A stretch of DNA of 64,000 nt from Candidatus Omnitrophota bacterium (GCA_043805415.1 JAZDHZ010000043.1:5844-69843), one strand, 5' to 3'. Shown: positions 27,612 to 37,358, numbered from the stretch's first letter. The notes: generated by a model from the sequence alone, not told the origin. Translations and numbers: made by a program.

Positions 27612-27641
27612 TTGACAGCTAATTGCCCTTAATGATAAAAT
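27612..27641 (+). promoter_or_regulatory. rightward promoter of the fimT-pilMNOP operon
   Basis: TTGACA-18 nt-TAAAAT with TG extension, back to back with the leftward promoter. Confidence 0.6.
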
Positions 27642-27696
27642 TAAACACGGAAACCCTTTTAATTAAATATGTTAAAAAAAAAATTCACTACATAGA

Positions 27697-28161
27697 ATGC
27701 TTGATTTTTTTCCTGCGGTCCGGAAAAATTTTGGGTTTAGTTTGATTGAGCTGCTGATTGTTATTTCGATTATCGGAGTAATGTCTTTATTAGGGATTCC
27801 GCTGTTTAAGGATTATGTGCAATTTTCAGCTTTAAAAAGCGATGCTTGGAAGGTGGTTTCGGATTTTCGTTCATACCGACAACTGGCGATTATTGAGCAT
27901 TGCAATTATCGGTTTGTATTTGATCTAAACAGCGATTCATATAAAATAGAGCAAAGGGATTCCGGAACCAATGCTTTAATTGCAACCATTGCCACCAGAA
28001 CACTTAGCAATGATATTACCCAAGCTGTGGATACTACTTTTATGCCTAAGGGCCAGGCTGATCCAGCAGCAACGATACTGATAAAAGGGAAGAATTCAGC
28101 AGACAAAGTAACGATCACGGTGTTCGCGACTACTGGTTTGTCAAAAATGACTGGGCCATAA
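27697..28161 (+). CDS. FimT/GspH-like prepilin
   Basis: G|FSLIELLIVISII; SDFRSYRQLAI; TTFMPKG. Confidence 0.85.
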   Translation: MLDFFPAVRKNFGFSLIELLIVISIIGVMSLLGIPLFKDYVQFSALKSDAWKVVSDFRSYRQLAIIEHCNYRFVFDLNSDSYKIEQRDSGTNALIATIATRTLSNDITQAVDTTFMPKGQADPAATILIKGKNSADKVTITVFATTGLSKMTGP

Positions 28162-28167
28162 AATAAT

Positions 28168-29763
28168 ATGCTACCTAAAATCAAACAAATTAAAGGCAAT
28201 TTAGATCAGGAAATCAATCTTTTTGAGCCAGGACAAAAACTGGTGAGTATTGATATTGGTTCTGAATTGATTAAGCTGGTGGTGCTTAAAGAAGCGCCGA
28301 TCGGCACGCGTTTGATCACTCTGGCTTGTGTGGAAATTCCCCCAGCAGCTGACGCGGAAACACCAGAAGACGCGAACAAAAGAATAAACTCTGCTTTAAA
28401 AAAAGCAATTAGCCAGCTAAGCACCCCAATTAAAAAAGTAAATACAATTATTATTACTCCGTCTTTAAATATTAAAAATATCAGTTTGCCTTTGATGCCG
28501 GATGAAGAATTAAAAGAATCGGTTAAATGGGAAATGGAACAGAATATTACTTATCCTATTGATACCGCTACCGTAGATTTTTTAATTGCCGGAGAAACTA
28601 TCCGTTCAGGAGCCAAGAATCTAGAATTAGAAGTTGTGGCAGCGCAGAATGAAGAGATCAATCAGTTTATCCAGAAATATACGGATAATAAATTGATAGT
28701 AAGCTCGATTAATATCCCGGCTTTTTGTCTTTGGAATACATTTCAAAAATCGAATCAATGGAAAGAAGATGACACAATCGCTTTGGTTGATATTGGCGCC
28801 AGCTCTACAAAAATATGCATTTTTACTAATAATATCCTTAAATTCACCCGGGAAATATTTTTTGGCAGCAAGACAATTACCGCTGCTTTGCAAAAAGATA
28901 ATAATCTTGCTTACGCGGAAGCGGAAAATCTTAAGATCAGGTATGGCTTAACTGAGTCTGCGACTTATTATCAAAGTGTGGCTGATTCGCTTAAAGAACT
29001 GACTGGCCAGATGAATCGATCCTTTGGTTATTATAAAGCCCAATTTCATATTGAACGTGTTGATCGGCTAATTGTTTATGGCGGCACCTCAAAAATGATT
29101 AATTTAGACAAATTTCTTAGTGAAGAACTAGGGATATTTGCTGAAATCGGTAAACCGTTCAATGGTTTATTGTTTAATCAAAAGGCGTTTGAAAATCTTG
29201 ATGATTTCGCGGCTTTTTTCGGCATGGCTATTGGCGCTGCCATGACCAGCGGAAATGCCAAACGAATAAATCTTTTACCTGCTGAACTGCGTAAAGACAA
29301 GACCGTGGGCATGAAAAAAGCTTTGTTTAAGATTATTCCATTACTAATAATCTTTGCTCTGTTTTTCATATACATCAGATTGATCGATACAGAAAAAAAA
29401 CTTACGCGGGAAAAAGTAGCAAAAGAATTAATAATCAGCACTTGGAAAGAACAGCAGGAGTATGAAAGAAAACTAAAATTTCTAAAGTCATTGCCTGACG
29501 CGCAGGATTCATGGATTAAGATTTTTCGGGGAGTCAGTGAGATTATTCCCGAAGGGGTTTGGCTTGACTCAATTACGATTGAAGAGAAAAACAAAAAAAT
29601 TGTTTTAAAAGGCGCCGGACAGACGAATATCATTGTTATGGAACTTGTCCGCAAGCTGGAATCATTGCCTTATTTCAGCAATGTGAGGCTTGAGTCTGTT
29701 GAAGAAAAAGGCGATGAAAAAGCGCCTACGACTTATTTTAAAATAACCATCGGGAAAAAATAA
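28168..29763 (+). CDS. pilM: type IV pilus assembly PilM fused to PilN
   Basis: SIDIGSELIK and VDIGASST actin-like motifs, then INLLP-TM-IPEGVWLDSI (PilN). Confidence 0.9.
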   Translation: MLPKIKQIKGNLDQEINLFEPGQKLVSIDIGSELIKLVVLKEAPIGTRLITLACVEIPPAADAETPEDANKRINSALKKAISQLSTPIKKVNTIIITPSLNIKNISLPLMPDEELKESVKWEMEQNITYPIDTATVDFLIAGETIRSGAKNLELEVVAAQNEEINQFIQKYTDNKLIVSSINIPAFCLWNTFQKSNQWKEDDTIALVDIGASSTKICIFTNNILKFTREIFFGSKTITAALQKDNNLAYAEAENLKIRYGLTESATYYQSVADSLKELTGQMNRSFGYYKAQFHIERVDRLIVYGGTSKMINLDKFLSEELGIFAEIGKPFNGLLFNQKAFENLDDFAAFFGMAIGAAMTSGNAKRINLLPAELRKDKTVGMKKALFKIIPLLIIFALFFIYIRLIDTEKKLTREKVAKELIISTWKEQQEYERKLKFLKSLPDAQDSWIKIFRGVSEIIPEGVWLDSITIEEKNKKIVLKGAGQTNIIVMELVRKLESLPYFSNVRLESVEEKGDEKAPTTYFKITIGKK

Positions 29764-29765
29764 AT

Positions 29766-30332
29766 ATGGATATGCCGTCAATCAGGTTGCCCAATATTCA
29801 GACAAAGTATAAGGTGATAGCCGCTATTGGAATAATTGCCTTGGTTTTCGGCTATTATTATGATCATGCTTATAAGCCGCACGCGAAAAAAATTGAGGAT
29901 TTACAATCAGAATTGCTTACGTTGGAAGATACTTTGAAAATCATTAAAACTTTAGAATATCCTGATGTTAAAACTGATCAAGCGATCTTAAGTAAGATTC
30001 AAATTAAAAAGAATTCATTCCTTTCCCAAATCGACGGGCATGAAAGTAAACTTGCTAATAAAAATCAGTTTTCTAAAATTCTTGAGCAAATAACGCGTCT
30101 TTCTTATGATGTGGGTTTTGATATAAAAGCCTTAGAGCCCAAAGAGTTTACCTTGAAGCAGGATTATAACAGCATGTATTTAAACATGGAGGTGAATTCC
30201 CGGTTTCAAAACTTGCTTGATTTTCTTGAGCGTTTAAAAGAACTTCCGGTTTTCCCGGAAAGTATTTATATTGATATCAGGGAAAGACCGAATTTAGGCA
30301 TTAGACTTAATCTTTCAATCCTGGCTAGGTAG
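29766..30332 (+). CDS. pilO: PilO-like protein
   Basis: TM plus coiled coil; C-terminal FQNLLDFLERLKELP; position after pilMN. Confidence 0.75.
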   Translation: MDMPSIRLPNIQTKYKVIAAIGIIALVFGYYYDHAYKPHAKKIEDLQSELLTLEDTLKIIKTLEYPDVKTDQAILSKIQIKKNSFLSQIDGHESKLANKNQFSKILEQITRLSYDVGFDIKALEPKEFTLKQDYNSMYLNMEVNSRFQNLLDFLERLKELPVFPESIYIDIRERPNLGIRLNLSILAR

Positions 30333-30336
30333 GAAA

Positions 30337-30867
30337 ATGAATAAAATAGCGAAAAATAAAAATCAGATTCTTGAAGTTCTGAACCGGCTTGCCGCAAAGC
30401 GTTTTTCGAATAATGAAAAAATCGCTTTGATTATTATTTTTATTATTATCGGTTTAATCGGTAATTATTATTTTAACAATTGGATTGCCGCTTTAAAAAG
30501 TAAAAATAGTGTGGTTATTCCTATATCGCCGCCGATTATTCCCAAATTGCCTGATCCGCTTATTATAAAACCAGTAAAATTTGAAGAACCGATTTTTCCG
30601 GAAATAAATACTCCGACACTGCGCGATCCATTTCTCTCATCTAAAAATCCGCAAGAACTGAAAACTATTGTCACCAAAAAACCTTCGGTGGAATTAAAAC
30701 TCAGCGGGATTCTCTGGGATGACAAGATCCCCTCGGCAATCATAAACTCAAGTATTGTAAAAATCGGGGATTTGATTGAAGGCAAAACAGTAGTTGACAT
30801 AGAAAAGAACCAGGTAGTTGTGATGGAAGACGGCAAAATTCTTATCCTGGAACTTAGAAAACAATAA
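30337..30867 (+). CDS. PilP/GspC-like protein
   Basis: TM, Pro-rich linker, LRDPF, LKLSGILW...AIIN...VKIGDLI. Confidence 0.75.
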   Translation: MNKIAKNKNQILEVLNRLAAKRFSNNEKIALIIIFIIIGLIGNYYFNNWIAALKSKNSVVIPISPPIIPKLPDPLIIKPVKFEEPIFPEINTPTLRDPFLSSKNPQELKTIVTKKPSVELKLSGILWDDKIPSAIINSSIVKIGDLIEGKTVVDIEKNQVVVMEDGKILILELRKQ

Positions 30868-30945
30868 ATTTTTTTCCCGGGATTGGTTCGGCTTTTCATC
30901 TCAGGATATTAATATTTAAAAAAATCTTAAATTATTCTTATAATT

Positions 30946-32130
30946 ATGGAAACAAAACAAAAAAAAATCCGTGTGCTGCATTTAATTACCCGCATGATTG
31001 TGGGCGGAGCCCAGGAAAACACACTATTAACTGTTGTCGGCTTAAATAAAATAGCGGATTATGAGCTCACGCTGTTAACCGGACCTTCTTTAGGCCCAGA
31101 AGGAGCTTTGCTCAATAACCAGACCAGTGGTTTTAAGCTGGAGGTCTGTCCATTTCTAATAAGGAATATTAACCCGATTTTTGATTTAATCGCGTTTTGG
31201 AAAATATATTGGTTTATTAAAAAAAACAAAATCGATATTGTCCATACGCACAGCTCAAAAGCCGGAATCTTGGGCCGTGTTGCCGCAAAATTAGCCAAGG
31301 TTCCGATCATTATTCACACAATTCATGGTTTGCCGTTTTTTGCCGAGCAGAATAATTTAATTAATAAAATCTATATTTTTCTCGAGAAAGCAGCCGCCAG
31401 GTTTACGGACGCGATAATCTGCGTGTCTCAATCAATTATTGATGAAGCGGTGCAAGCCCATATTGCTAAAAAAGAAAAATTTGTAAAAATTTACAGCGGC
31501 ATTGACCTGACTCATTATCATTCGGATGAGCAGATTCGGCAGGCTTATAGAAAAAGACTGTCAATTCCTGAAGACAGTCTGGTGGTAGGGAAATTAGCAC
31601 GCTTATTTAATTTAAAAGGCCATAATTTTCTCTTGGAAGCAGCAGTGATTGTTAAACAAAAATTCCCGAATCTTAAACTCTTATTTATCGGCGATGGGAT
31701 TTTAAAAAAACAATTAGAACAAAAAGCAAAGAAACTCGGGCTTGAGGATTGCCTAATTTTAACGCGTTTAATCCGGCCGGAAGCAGTACCTTATTATCTG
31801 CAGTGTGTGGATGTTTTAGCGCATGTATCTTTGCATGAAGGCTTACCTAGGGCAGTTGTTCAGGGCTTTGCCTTGGAAATTCCAGCGGTTTGTTTTGATT
31901 TAGATGGAGCCAAGGATATTATTCGCAATGGAGTTAATGGTATCTTGGTCAGCCCGAAAAATGTTCCGGAACTGGCAAAAGCCTTGTCTAAACTGCTTGG
32001 CGATAAAGCGCTGCGACGGCAAATGGGTGAGCAAGGTAAAAAAATTGTCCAGGATGCTTTTGACAGCCAAACAATGGTTTTGGCAATTGATTTTGTTTAT
32101 CGAAGATTATTAAAATCATGTGGAAATTAA
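30946..32130 (+). CDS. glycosyltransferase family 4
   Basis: VLHLITRMIVGGAQ, HTHSSKAG, KGH, EGLPRAVVQ. Confidence 0.9.
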   Translation: METKQKKIRVLHLITRMIVGGAQENTLLTVVGLNKIADYELTLLTGPSLGPEGALLNNQTSGFKLEVCPFLIRNINPIFDLIAFWKIYWFIKKNKIDIVHTHSSKAGILGRVAAKLAKVPIIIHTIHGLPFFAEQNNLINKIYIFLEKAAARFTDAIICVSQSIIDEAVQAHIAKKEKFVKIYSGIDLTHYHSDEQIRQAYRKRLSIPEDSLVVGKLARLFNLKGHNFLLEAAVIVKQKFPNLKLLFIGDGILKKQLEQKAKKLGLEDCLILTRLIRPEAVPYYLQCVDVLAHVSLHEGLPRAVVQGFALEIPAVCFDLDGAKDIIRNGVNGILVSPKNVPELAKALSKLLGDKALRRQMGEQGKKIVQDAFDSQTMVLAIDFVYRRLLKSCGN

Positions 32131-33191
32131 TTTATAGCTATATTTTTATTTTTAGTTTATTTGCTTCCTTGGTCCTGGTAAGCGCTTTTCGCCGCCTGGC
32201 TATCCGCTGGCAGGTTGTTGATCTGCCCCAGGCGCAGAGAAAAATTCATACCCAGTCCACGCCGCTTTTAGGCGGAGCAGCAATGTACGCGGCATTTACT
32301 TTAACCATTGGCCTGAATCTGCTCCTGATTTATTTTTTCTTTGCCAAAGGAATGCTTCCTGAATACATCACTGTGTATCTAGCCGGGATAAAATTAATTA
32401 CACTCCAGCTGAGCGCGATTCTAGGCACAACTTTTGTTTTAGTGCTTATGGGAATTTATGATGATATTAAAGGCCTTGGCGCTAAAACTAAATTAGGCAT
32501 TGAAATAATCCTGGCCAGCATTGTTTTTTTCAGCGGAATCAAAATCAGCTTATTTATCCATAATCCGTTTATTTGCTGGCTGATTACGGTTTTATGGATT
32601 GTCGGGATCAGCAATGCTTTTAATTTACTTGATAATATGGATGGCTTGAGCAGCGGGATTGCTTTAATCTCCAGCATTATATTTTTTCTGGTTGCTGTGT
32701 CTGGCCACCATTTTTTTGTGGCCACGATTCTGGCTTGTTTTTCCGGAGTAATGCTCGGGTTTTTATGGTTTAATTTTCCGCCGGCCAAGGTATTTATGGG
32801 TGATGCCGGCAGTTTATTCATTGGCTATACTTTGAGCCTGCTGACAATCATCAATACTTATTATACCCATTCCGCGCCAACTATCGCGCCGGTAATCATG
32901 CCTTTATTAATCATGGCTGTGCCGATTTTTGATACCTTGTCCGTGATCCGCATCCGTTTAAAAAATAAAGTATCGATTTTTCAGGCTGATAAAAATCATC
33001 TTTCGCACCGCCTGATGCAGCGGGGAATGAGCGTAAAACAGACATTGTTTTTTATTTATCTGTTAAGTTTCGCCATTGGACTGGGCGGATTATTGCTTAC
33101 TGCTTTAAACGCGCAGGGATGTTATCTAGTTTTAATTCAGGCAATCTGCATTATTTTAATCATTGCTATTTTAGAAGGGAATAAACAATGA
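32118..33191 (+). CDS. wecA: undecaprenyl-phosphate GlcNAc-1-phosphate transferase (WecA/MraY family)
   Basis: RKIH...PLLGG, GIYDD, NAFNLLDNMDGL, FMGDAGS, ADKNHLSHRL. Confidence 0.9.
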   Translation: MWKLIYSYIFIFSLFASLVLVSAFRRLAIRWQVVDLPQAQRKIHTQSTPLLGGAAMYAAFTLTIGLNLLLIYFFFAKGMLPEYITVYLAGIKLITLQLSAILGTTFVLVLMGIYDDIKGLGAKTKLGIEIILASIVFFSGIKISLFIHNPFICWLITVLWIVGISNAFNLLDNMDGLSSGIALISSIIFFLVAVSGHHFFVATILACFSGVMLGFLWFNFPPAKVFMGDAGSLFIGYTLSLLTIINTYYTHSAPTIAPVIMPLLIMAVPIFDTLSVIRIRLKNKVSIFQADKNHLSHRLMQRGMSVKQTLFFIYLLSFAIGLGGLLLTALNAQGCYLVLIQAICIILIIAILEGNKQ

Positions 33192-35140
33192 TCCGGCTGA
33201 TCTTGGCAATGCTTGTCATAGTCTTATGCTGCTTTTGGCTGGTCTGGCGAAGATTCGACAAAAATATTCCCAATGCCGTACGCTTAATTATTATTTCAAC
33301 CTGCGGGCTTTTTTTCTTAAGAACCATAATCGGTGAAACTTATTTATTTTCCGCTCAGCTGATTTTTCAGGTATTGATTTTTTTTCTTGGTTTTGTTTAT
33401 CTTTTATACCTCTGCATCGGCAAACAACAGCTCGCTAATCAGCCGGTTTGCTTTAGCTTGAATTTATTTGATAAATTATTTTTTCTGTTTATAAGTTTTT
33501 TAACCATAAGCGTTTGGTTTTCGGTTAATAAAGAAGCGAGTATTGCCACGCTGGTTTATTTTTCCTCGCTGTATGTCTGGTATTGGCTGATTGCCAATCT
33601 GCCGCAAGCCAAAAGCATTAACCGGATTTTTCAAGCCATAATTTTTCTTGCCTGCGGTTTATTGATCAGCTATGGTTTTTATCAATATCATATTGGTTTT
33701 CAAACCATGCGCGAGTTTTTAGCTAAAAACCCGGAGTATATGATCCAATCCCGGGAATTTATCCGCAGGATGCAGTCAAACGTTGTATTCGCGACTTTTA
33801 TTTATGCCCCGGCATTTGGCAGCTATTTGACCATGATGTTTTTAACTATCCTGGGATTTTGTTTTGCCCAAGGCAATCTGTTTCAGCCGGCATTTAAACT
33901 GCGATTATGTTTAAAATATGTGCTGCTTTTATTAATCATTCCTTTACTGATTTTAACCAAAGCCAAAGCAGCCTGGCTGGGTTTAGGCATTGGCCTGATT
34001 TGTTTTTTTCTGCTGATTAAACCTAAAACCAGGCAAAAAGGTTTTCTGATCGGAACGCTGCTTAGTTTACTGGGATTATTTACCCTAAGTTTTATCTTGA
34101 TCAGCAGTTCTGATAAAATTCATTTACCCAAACTGGAAAATTTTCTGGTTTCTTTTAAGGTAAGACTGGAATACTGGAAGGCAGCTTTTGCTATGATCAA
34201 ACAGCGGCCTTTGCTTGGCTTTGGCCCTGGAACATTCGGCAGCGTGTATCCTTTGTTTAAAACCCTTAATGCTGAAGAAACAATTATGTGCCACAATAGT
34301 TTTCTTCAGATCTGGGCAGAGGGAGGCAGTTTTGTATTTCTGGCTTTTTGTTTATTTTGGCTGAGCTTTATCCAGCAGGCAATAAGCAGGATTAAAAAGA
34401 TCTTTGGAGCCAGCCGGTTTATCAGTGCTGGCTTATTCTCCGCTATCTTAAGTTTCTTATTTGTCAATCTGCTTGATTTCAGCTTATATGACGGACAAAC
34501 TGCTTTGATTGGTTTTGGGCTTATCGGCTTATTGCAGTATCAGCTTAACTCTGAGCCAAAACTCAATACTGAACATATGCCTAAGCGCAAACTGCATAAA
34601 CTGCTGATTATTTGTATTGGCTGTTTATTTTTAACTTGTGTTCTGGGTTATTCAGGTTTAGTTTATTGCGCGCGGATTTTTGATGATAAAGCTTCTTTTG
34701 AATATAAAAATGCCAGGCTTGAACAGGCATTAGCTTATACCAATAAAGCCATTGGTTTACAGGGGTTTAGCGGAAAATATTATTATCATAAAGGGATTAT
34801 TCTGGAAAAAATGATTTTAAATCCTAAAATCAGCCCTGAGCAGAAAAAGGAATTATTAAACCAGGCAGTTAAAAATTTTGAGCAGGCAGTAAAATTGGAC
34901 TGGTTTATGCCGCATTATCATTATAAATTAGCCACGGTTTTATATTATTTAAATCAGCCGGAAGCTAAACAGCGCGCAGGCAGAGAATTTGAACAAGCCG
35001 CTGCTTTATATCCGGTAAATCCGTTTTATCACGAGCAGCTTGCCGAGTTTTATAATATAAACGGCAAAATTGGTGACGCGCAGAAACAGCAGGCAATTGC
35101 CGCGGAAATGAAAAAATATTTTAAAACCGGAACAAGATAA
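33188..35140 (+). CDS. O-antigen ligase/oligosaccharyltransferase (Wzy_C) with C-terminal TPRs
   Basis: Many TMs; RLEYWKAAFAMIKQRPLLGFGPGTF, CHNSFLQIWAEGG; TPR tail. Confidence 0.85.
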   Translation: MIRLILAMLVIVLCCFWLVWRRFDKNIPNAVRLIIISTCGLFFLRTIIGETYLFSAQLIFQVLIFFLGFVYLLYLCIGKQQLANQPVCFSLNLFDKLFFLFISFLTISVWFSVNKEASIATLVYFSSLYVWYWLIANLPQAKSINRIFQAIIFLACGLLISYGFYQYHIGFQTMREFLAKNPEYMIQSREFIRRMQSNVVFATFIYAPAFGSYLTMMFLTILGFCFAQGNLFQPAFKLRLCLKYVLLLLIIPLLILTKAKAAWLGLGIGLICFFLLIKPKTRQKGFLIGTLLSLLGLFTLSFILISSSDKIHLPKLENFLVSFKVRLEYWKAAFAMIKQRPLLGFGPGTFGSVYPLFKTLNAEETIMCHNSFLQIWAEGGSFVFLAFCLFWLSFIQQAISRIKKIFGASRFISAGLFSAILSFLFVNLLDFSLYDGQTALIGFGLIGLLQYQLNSEPKLNTEHMPKRKLHKLLIICIGCLFLTCVLGYSGLVYCARIFDDKASFEYKNARLEQALAYTNKAIGLQGFSGKYYYHKGIILEKMILNPKISPEQKKELLNQAVKNFEQAVKLDWFMPHYHYKLATVLYYLNQPEAKQRAGREFEQAAALYPVNPFYHEQLAEFYNINGKIGDAQKQQAIAAEMKKYFKTGTR

Positions 35141-35146
35141 AGAGCA

Positions 35147-35188
35147 GTCACAGGTCACAAGACACAAGGTCACAAGCTGCAAGGTCAA
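35147..35188 (+). repeat. short heptamer-like tandem repeats (GTCACAR)
   Basis: gtcacag gtcacaa gacacaa ggtcacaa gctgcaa ggtcaa. Confidence 0.7.
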
Positions 35189-35198
35189 ATGGCTAAAC

Positions 35199-35285
35199 AG
35201 GGGATTGCTTTTTTGTTGTAATGACGGACAGAAAACTTTGCTTCGAGTAGGGCAAAGCTAAAATAAATAGTCGCTGTCCCTATTT
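35199..35285 (+). repeat. 87-bp structured direct repeat, copy 1
   Basis: 86/87 identical to 36716-36802; GGACAG...CTGTCC outer stem and CTTTGC...GCAAAG inner hairpin. Confidence 0.95.
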
Positions 35286-35301
35286 TTACTAAAGAGAACC
35301 A

Positions 35302-36057
35302 ATGGGTATATTTGATTTTTTTGTTAAGAAGAAAAAATTTAATCCTGATGGAAAAGTTGCTTGCAAGACTTGCGGTAATATGATTTTACCTATTACAGCC
35401 AATCTCACGGATAATCGATGTAGGCCTTGTTTTAATGCAGTACGCAGAAAACCGCCTTTTGTTGGTGCTTTTCACGATGGATTGGCTACAATTGAACTTG
35501 ACTATAGCGCTCCCAAAGGATTTGTGAATAAAGATAATGTTATTGTGATCAAGCCACGATTTCCTAGGGCATCTAATTTTAGCGAGGGTTTGGCTTGTGT
35601 CTGTGATCCTGAATCATACAAGTATGGATATATTGATAAAAAGGGAAATTATATTATCAAACCCCAGTTTAAAACTGCCGGCGATTTTCATGAGGGACTG
35701 GCTGCGTTTACGCTTGGAGGAACTGAATCTTGGTGCGGGCAGCTTTGGGGATTCATTAATCAGCAAGGTAATGTGGTAATTAAACCAATATATCGTTTTA
35801 ATTCTCCTGATTACACCCCTTATTTTAGCGAGGGGCTGGCGGTAGTTGCCCTAGATTTTCACCTCGGAGAAGCAATACCGGAAATAGATATGGATGTCAT
35901 TGATAGATGGGACCTTGTTTATATTGATAAAAAAGGAGATATTCTTATTCCCGGACCATTTAAAAAAGCATCTGCCTTTAAAAATGGAGTAGCCGAAGTA
36001 GTTATCAAAGGGCGTAATACTACTATTCGTAAAGATGGTTCTATCCAAGAGCAATAA
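35302..36057 (+). CDS. WG-repeat protein with N-terminal zinc ribbon
   Basis: FSEGLA...YGYIDKKG...IKPQF repeats; CKTC-x-MILPITA-x-T-x-CRPC. Confidence 0.85.
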   Translation: MGIFDFFVKKKKFNPDGKVACKTCGNMILPITANLTDNRCRPCFNAVRRKPPFVGAFHDGLATIELDYSAPKGFVNKDNVIVIKPRFPRASNFSEGLACVCDPESYKYGYIDKKGNYIIKPQFKTAGDFHEGLAAFTLGGTESWCGQLWGFINQQGNVVIKPIYRFNSPDYTPYFSEGLAVVALDFHLGEAIPEIDMDVIDRWDLVYIDKKGDILIPGPFKKASAFKNGVAEVVIKGRNTTIRKDGSIQEQ

Positions 36058-36169
36058 TAATCAGATAAAATGTGGTTTAGAATAGGGGCGAAATCTAAAA
36101 TTCCCCTCTAAAAAAACAGCGGGACAAGCAAGACCTAATCACAATTGTTTTGGGAAGGAAGGAATTGAA

Positions 36170-36580
36170 ATGCAAAAAGTACCATGTGCTATATGCGAAG
36201 TCATGATTTTAACTGGAACAGCAGACAAAACAGGTGGTTTTTGTATTCCTTGTTATAGAAAAAACTTATTTGAGCAAAAAGAATCATTCATTTTAAAGGC
36301 TCAGACCTCTTATGATCAAAAAATGGATAGAGATGAAATAGTGAGCGTATTTTTATTTCGGCAAGAACAAGATTTGCTTAGTGCTTGCAATCGTCTTACC
36401 AAAGAACTTTCCATTTGGTTTGAACTGCGTCGTTCCACAGTAGATGGACAGTTCTCTTATTGGATTGTTGTTAGATACAAGGATGTCAATATCGCGGCTA
36501 AAGCAATTAAGGATTTTGAAGATTTATCACACCCGTTTTATGGCCGTGGAGTTATAGATCAATCAGAATTTTATAAATAG
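36170..36580 (+). CDS. hypothetical protein with N-terminal zinc ribbon
   Basis: RBS GGAAGG; CAICEVMILTGTADKTGGFCIPC. Confidence 0.75.
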   Translation: MQKVPCAICEVMILTGTADKTGGFCIPCYRKNLFEQKESFILKAQTSYDQKMDRDEIVSVFLFRQEQDLLSACNRLTKELSIWFELRRSTVDGQFSYWIVVRYKDVNIAAKAIKDFEDLSHPFYGRGVIDQSEFYK

Positions 36581-36594
36581 TGAAATAAACATCA

Positions 36595-36623
36595 TTGACG
36601 TACTGGGAGTAAAATAGTATTAT
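36595..36623 (+). promoter_or_regulatory. sigma70-type promoter (homologous to 3672)
   Basis: TTGACG-17 nt-TATTAT. Confidence 0.65.
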
Positions 36624-36629
36624 TTATAT

Positions 36630-36731
36630 ATCAAAATACGAATCTTGATCTTACTATGTATTAAGGAATCGGAAGATGACGGCAAAATTAAAATAATCCA
36701 GCAATCTCTAAATAAAGGGGATTGCTTTTTT
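36630..36731 (+). ncRNA. candidate structured leader/sRNA, copy 2
   Basis: TCAAAATAC-stem-CGGAAGATGA followed by terminator GCAATCTCT-AAATAA-AGGGGATTGC-T6. Confidence 0.45.
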
Positions 36732-36802
36732 GTTGTAATGACGGACAGAAAACTTTGCTTCGAGTAGGGCAAAGCTAAAATAAATAGCCGCTGTCCCTAT
36801 TT
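36716..36802 (+). repeat. 87-bp structured direct repeat, copy 2
   Basis: 86/87 identical to 35199-35285. Confidence 0.95.
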
Positions 36803-36887
36803 ATTGAAAAAGTAGACAATCCCTTCATACAATGGTAAGATATCGATAATCTTAGCGCAATTAATAATATTATAAAGGAGGAAAACA

Positions 36888-37325
36888 ATGGCAAATATAC
36901 TGGTAATTCATGGGCCGAATTTAAATCTTTTAGGCGAAAGAGAGCCGGATATCTACGGTAAGGTGACTCTGGAAACTATAAATAATAATATTTTAAAATG
37001 GGCAAAGAAAAATGGTGTTAAGATCGATATCATCCAATCAAATCATGAAGGTGAAATTGTCGATATAATCGGCAAAGCCAATTCCACTTATAATGCTTTA
37101 CTGATCAATCCCGCGGCTTATACTCATACCAGCGTGGCGATCCGCGACGCGATCAGCGCTGTGGGCATTCCTACAGTGGAAGTACATTTATCAAATATCT
37201 ATGCCCGGGAAGAATTCCGGCATACTTCTTTAATCGCACCGGTCAGTTCCGGTCAGGTATCAGGATTTGGTCAGCATAGTTATATTTTGGGATTAGAAGC
37301 GATATTAACGATTATAAACAAATAG
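36888..37325 (+). CDS. aroQ: type II 3-dehydroquinate dehydratase
   Basis: [47 protein letters not shown]. Confidence 0.97.
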   Translation: MANILVIHGPNLNLLGEREPDIYGKVTLETINNNILKWAKKNGVKIDIIQSNHEGEIVDIIGKANSTYNALLINPAAYTHTSVAIRDAISAVGIPTVEVHLSNIYAREEFRHTSLIAPVSSGQVSGFGQHSYILGLEAILTIINK

Positions 37326-37358
37326 AATCAAACAATAAATCAAGAAAAAACCCAAAAA

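Noticed and set aside
35199-36802. Integron attC sites or CRISPR array
   Set aside because: Only two repeats 1.5 kb apart; no RYYYAAC/GTTRRRY ends; no intI or cas gene in the window
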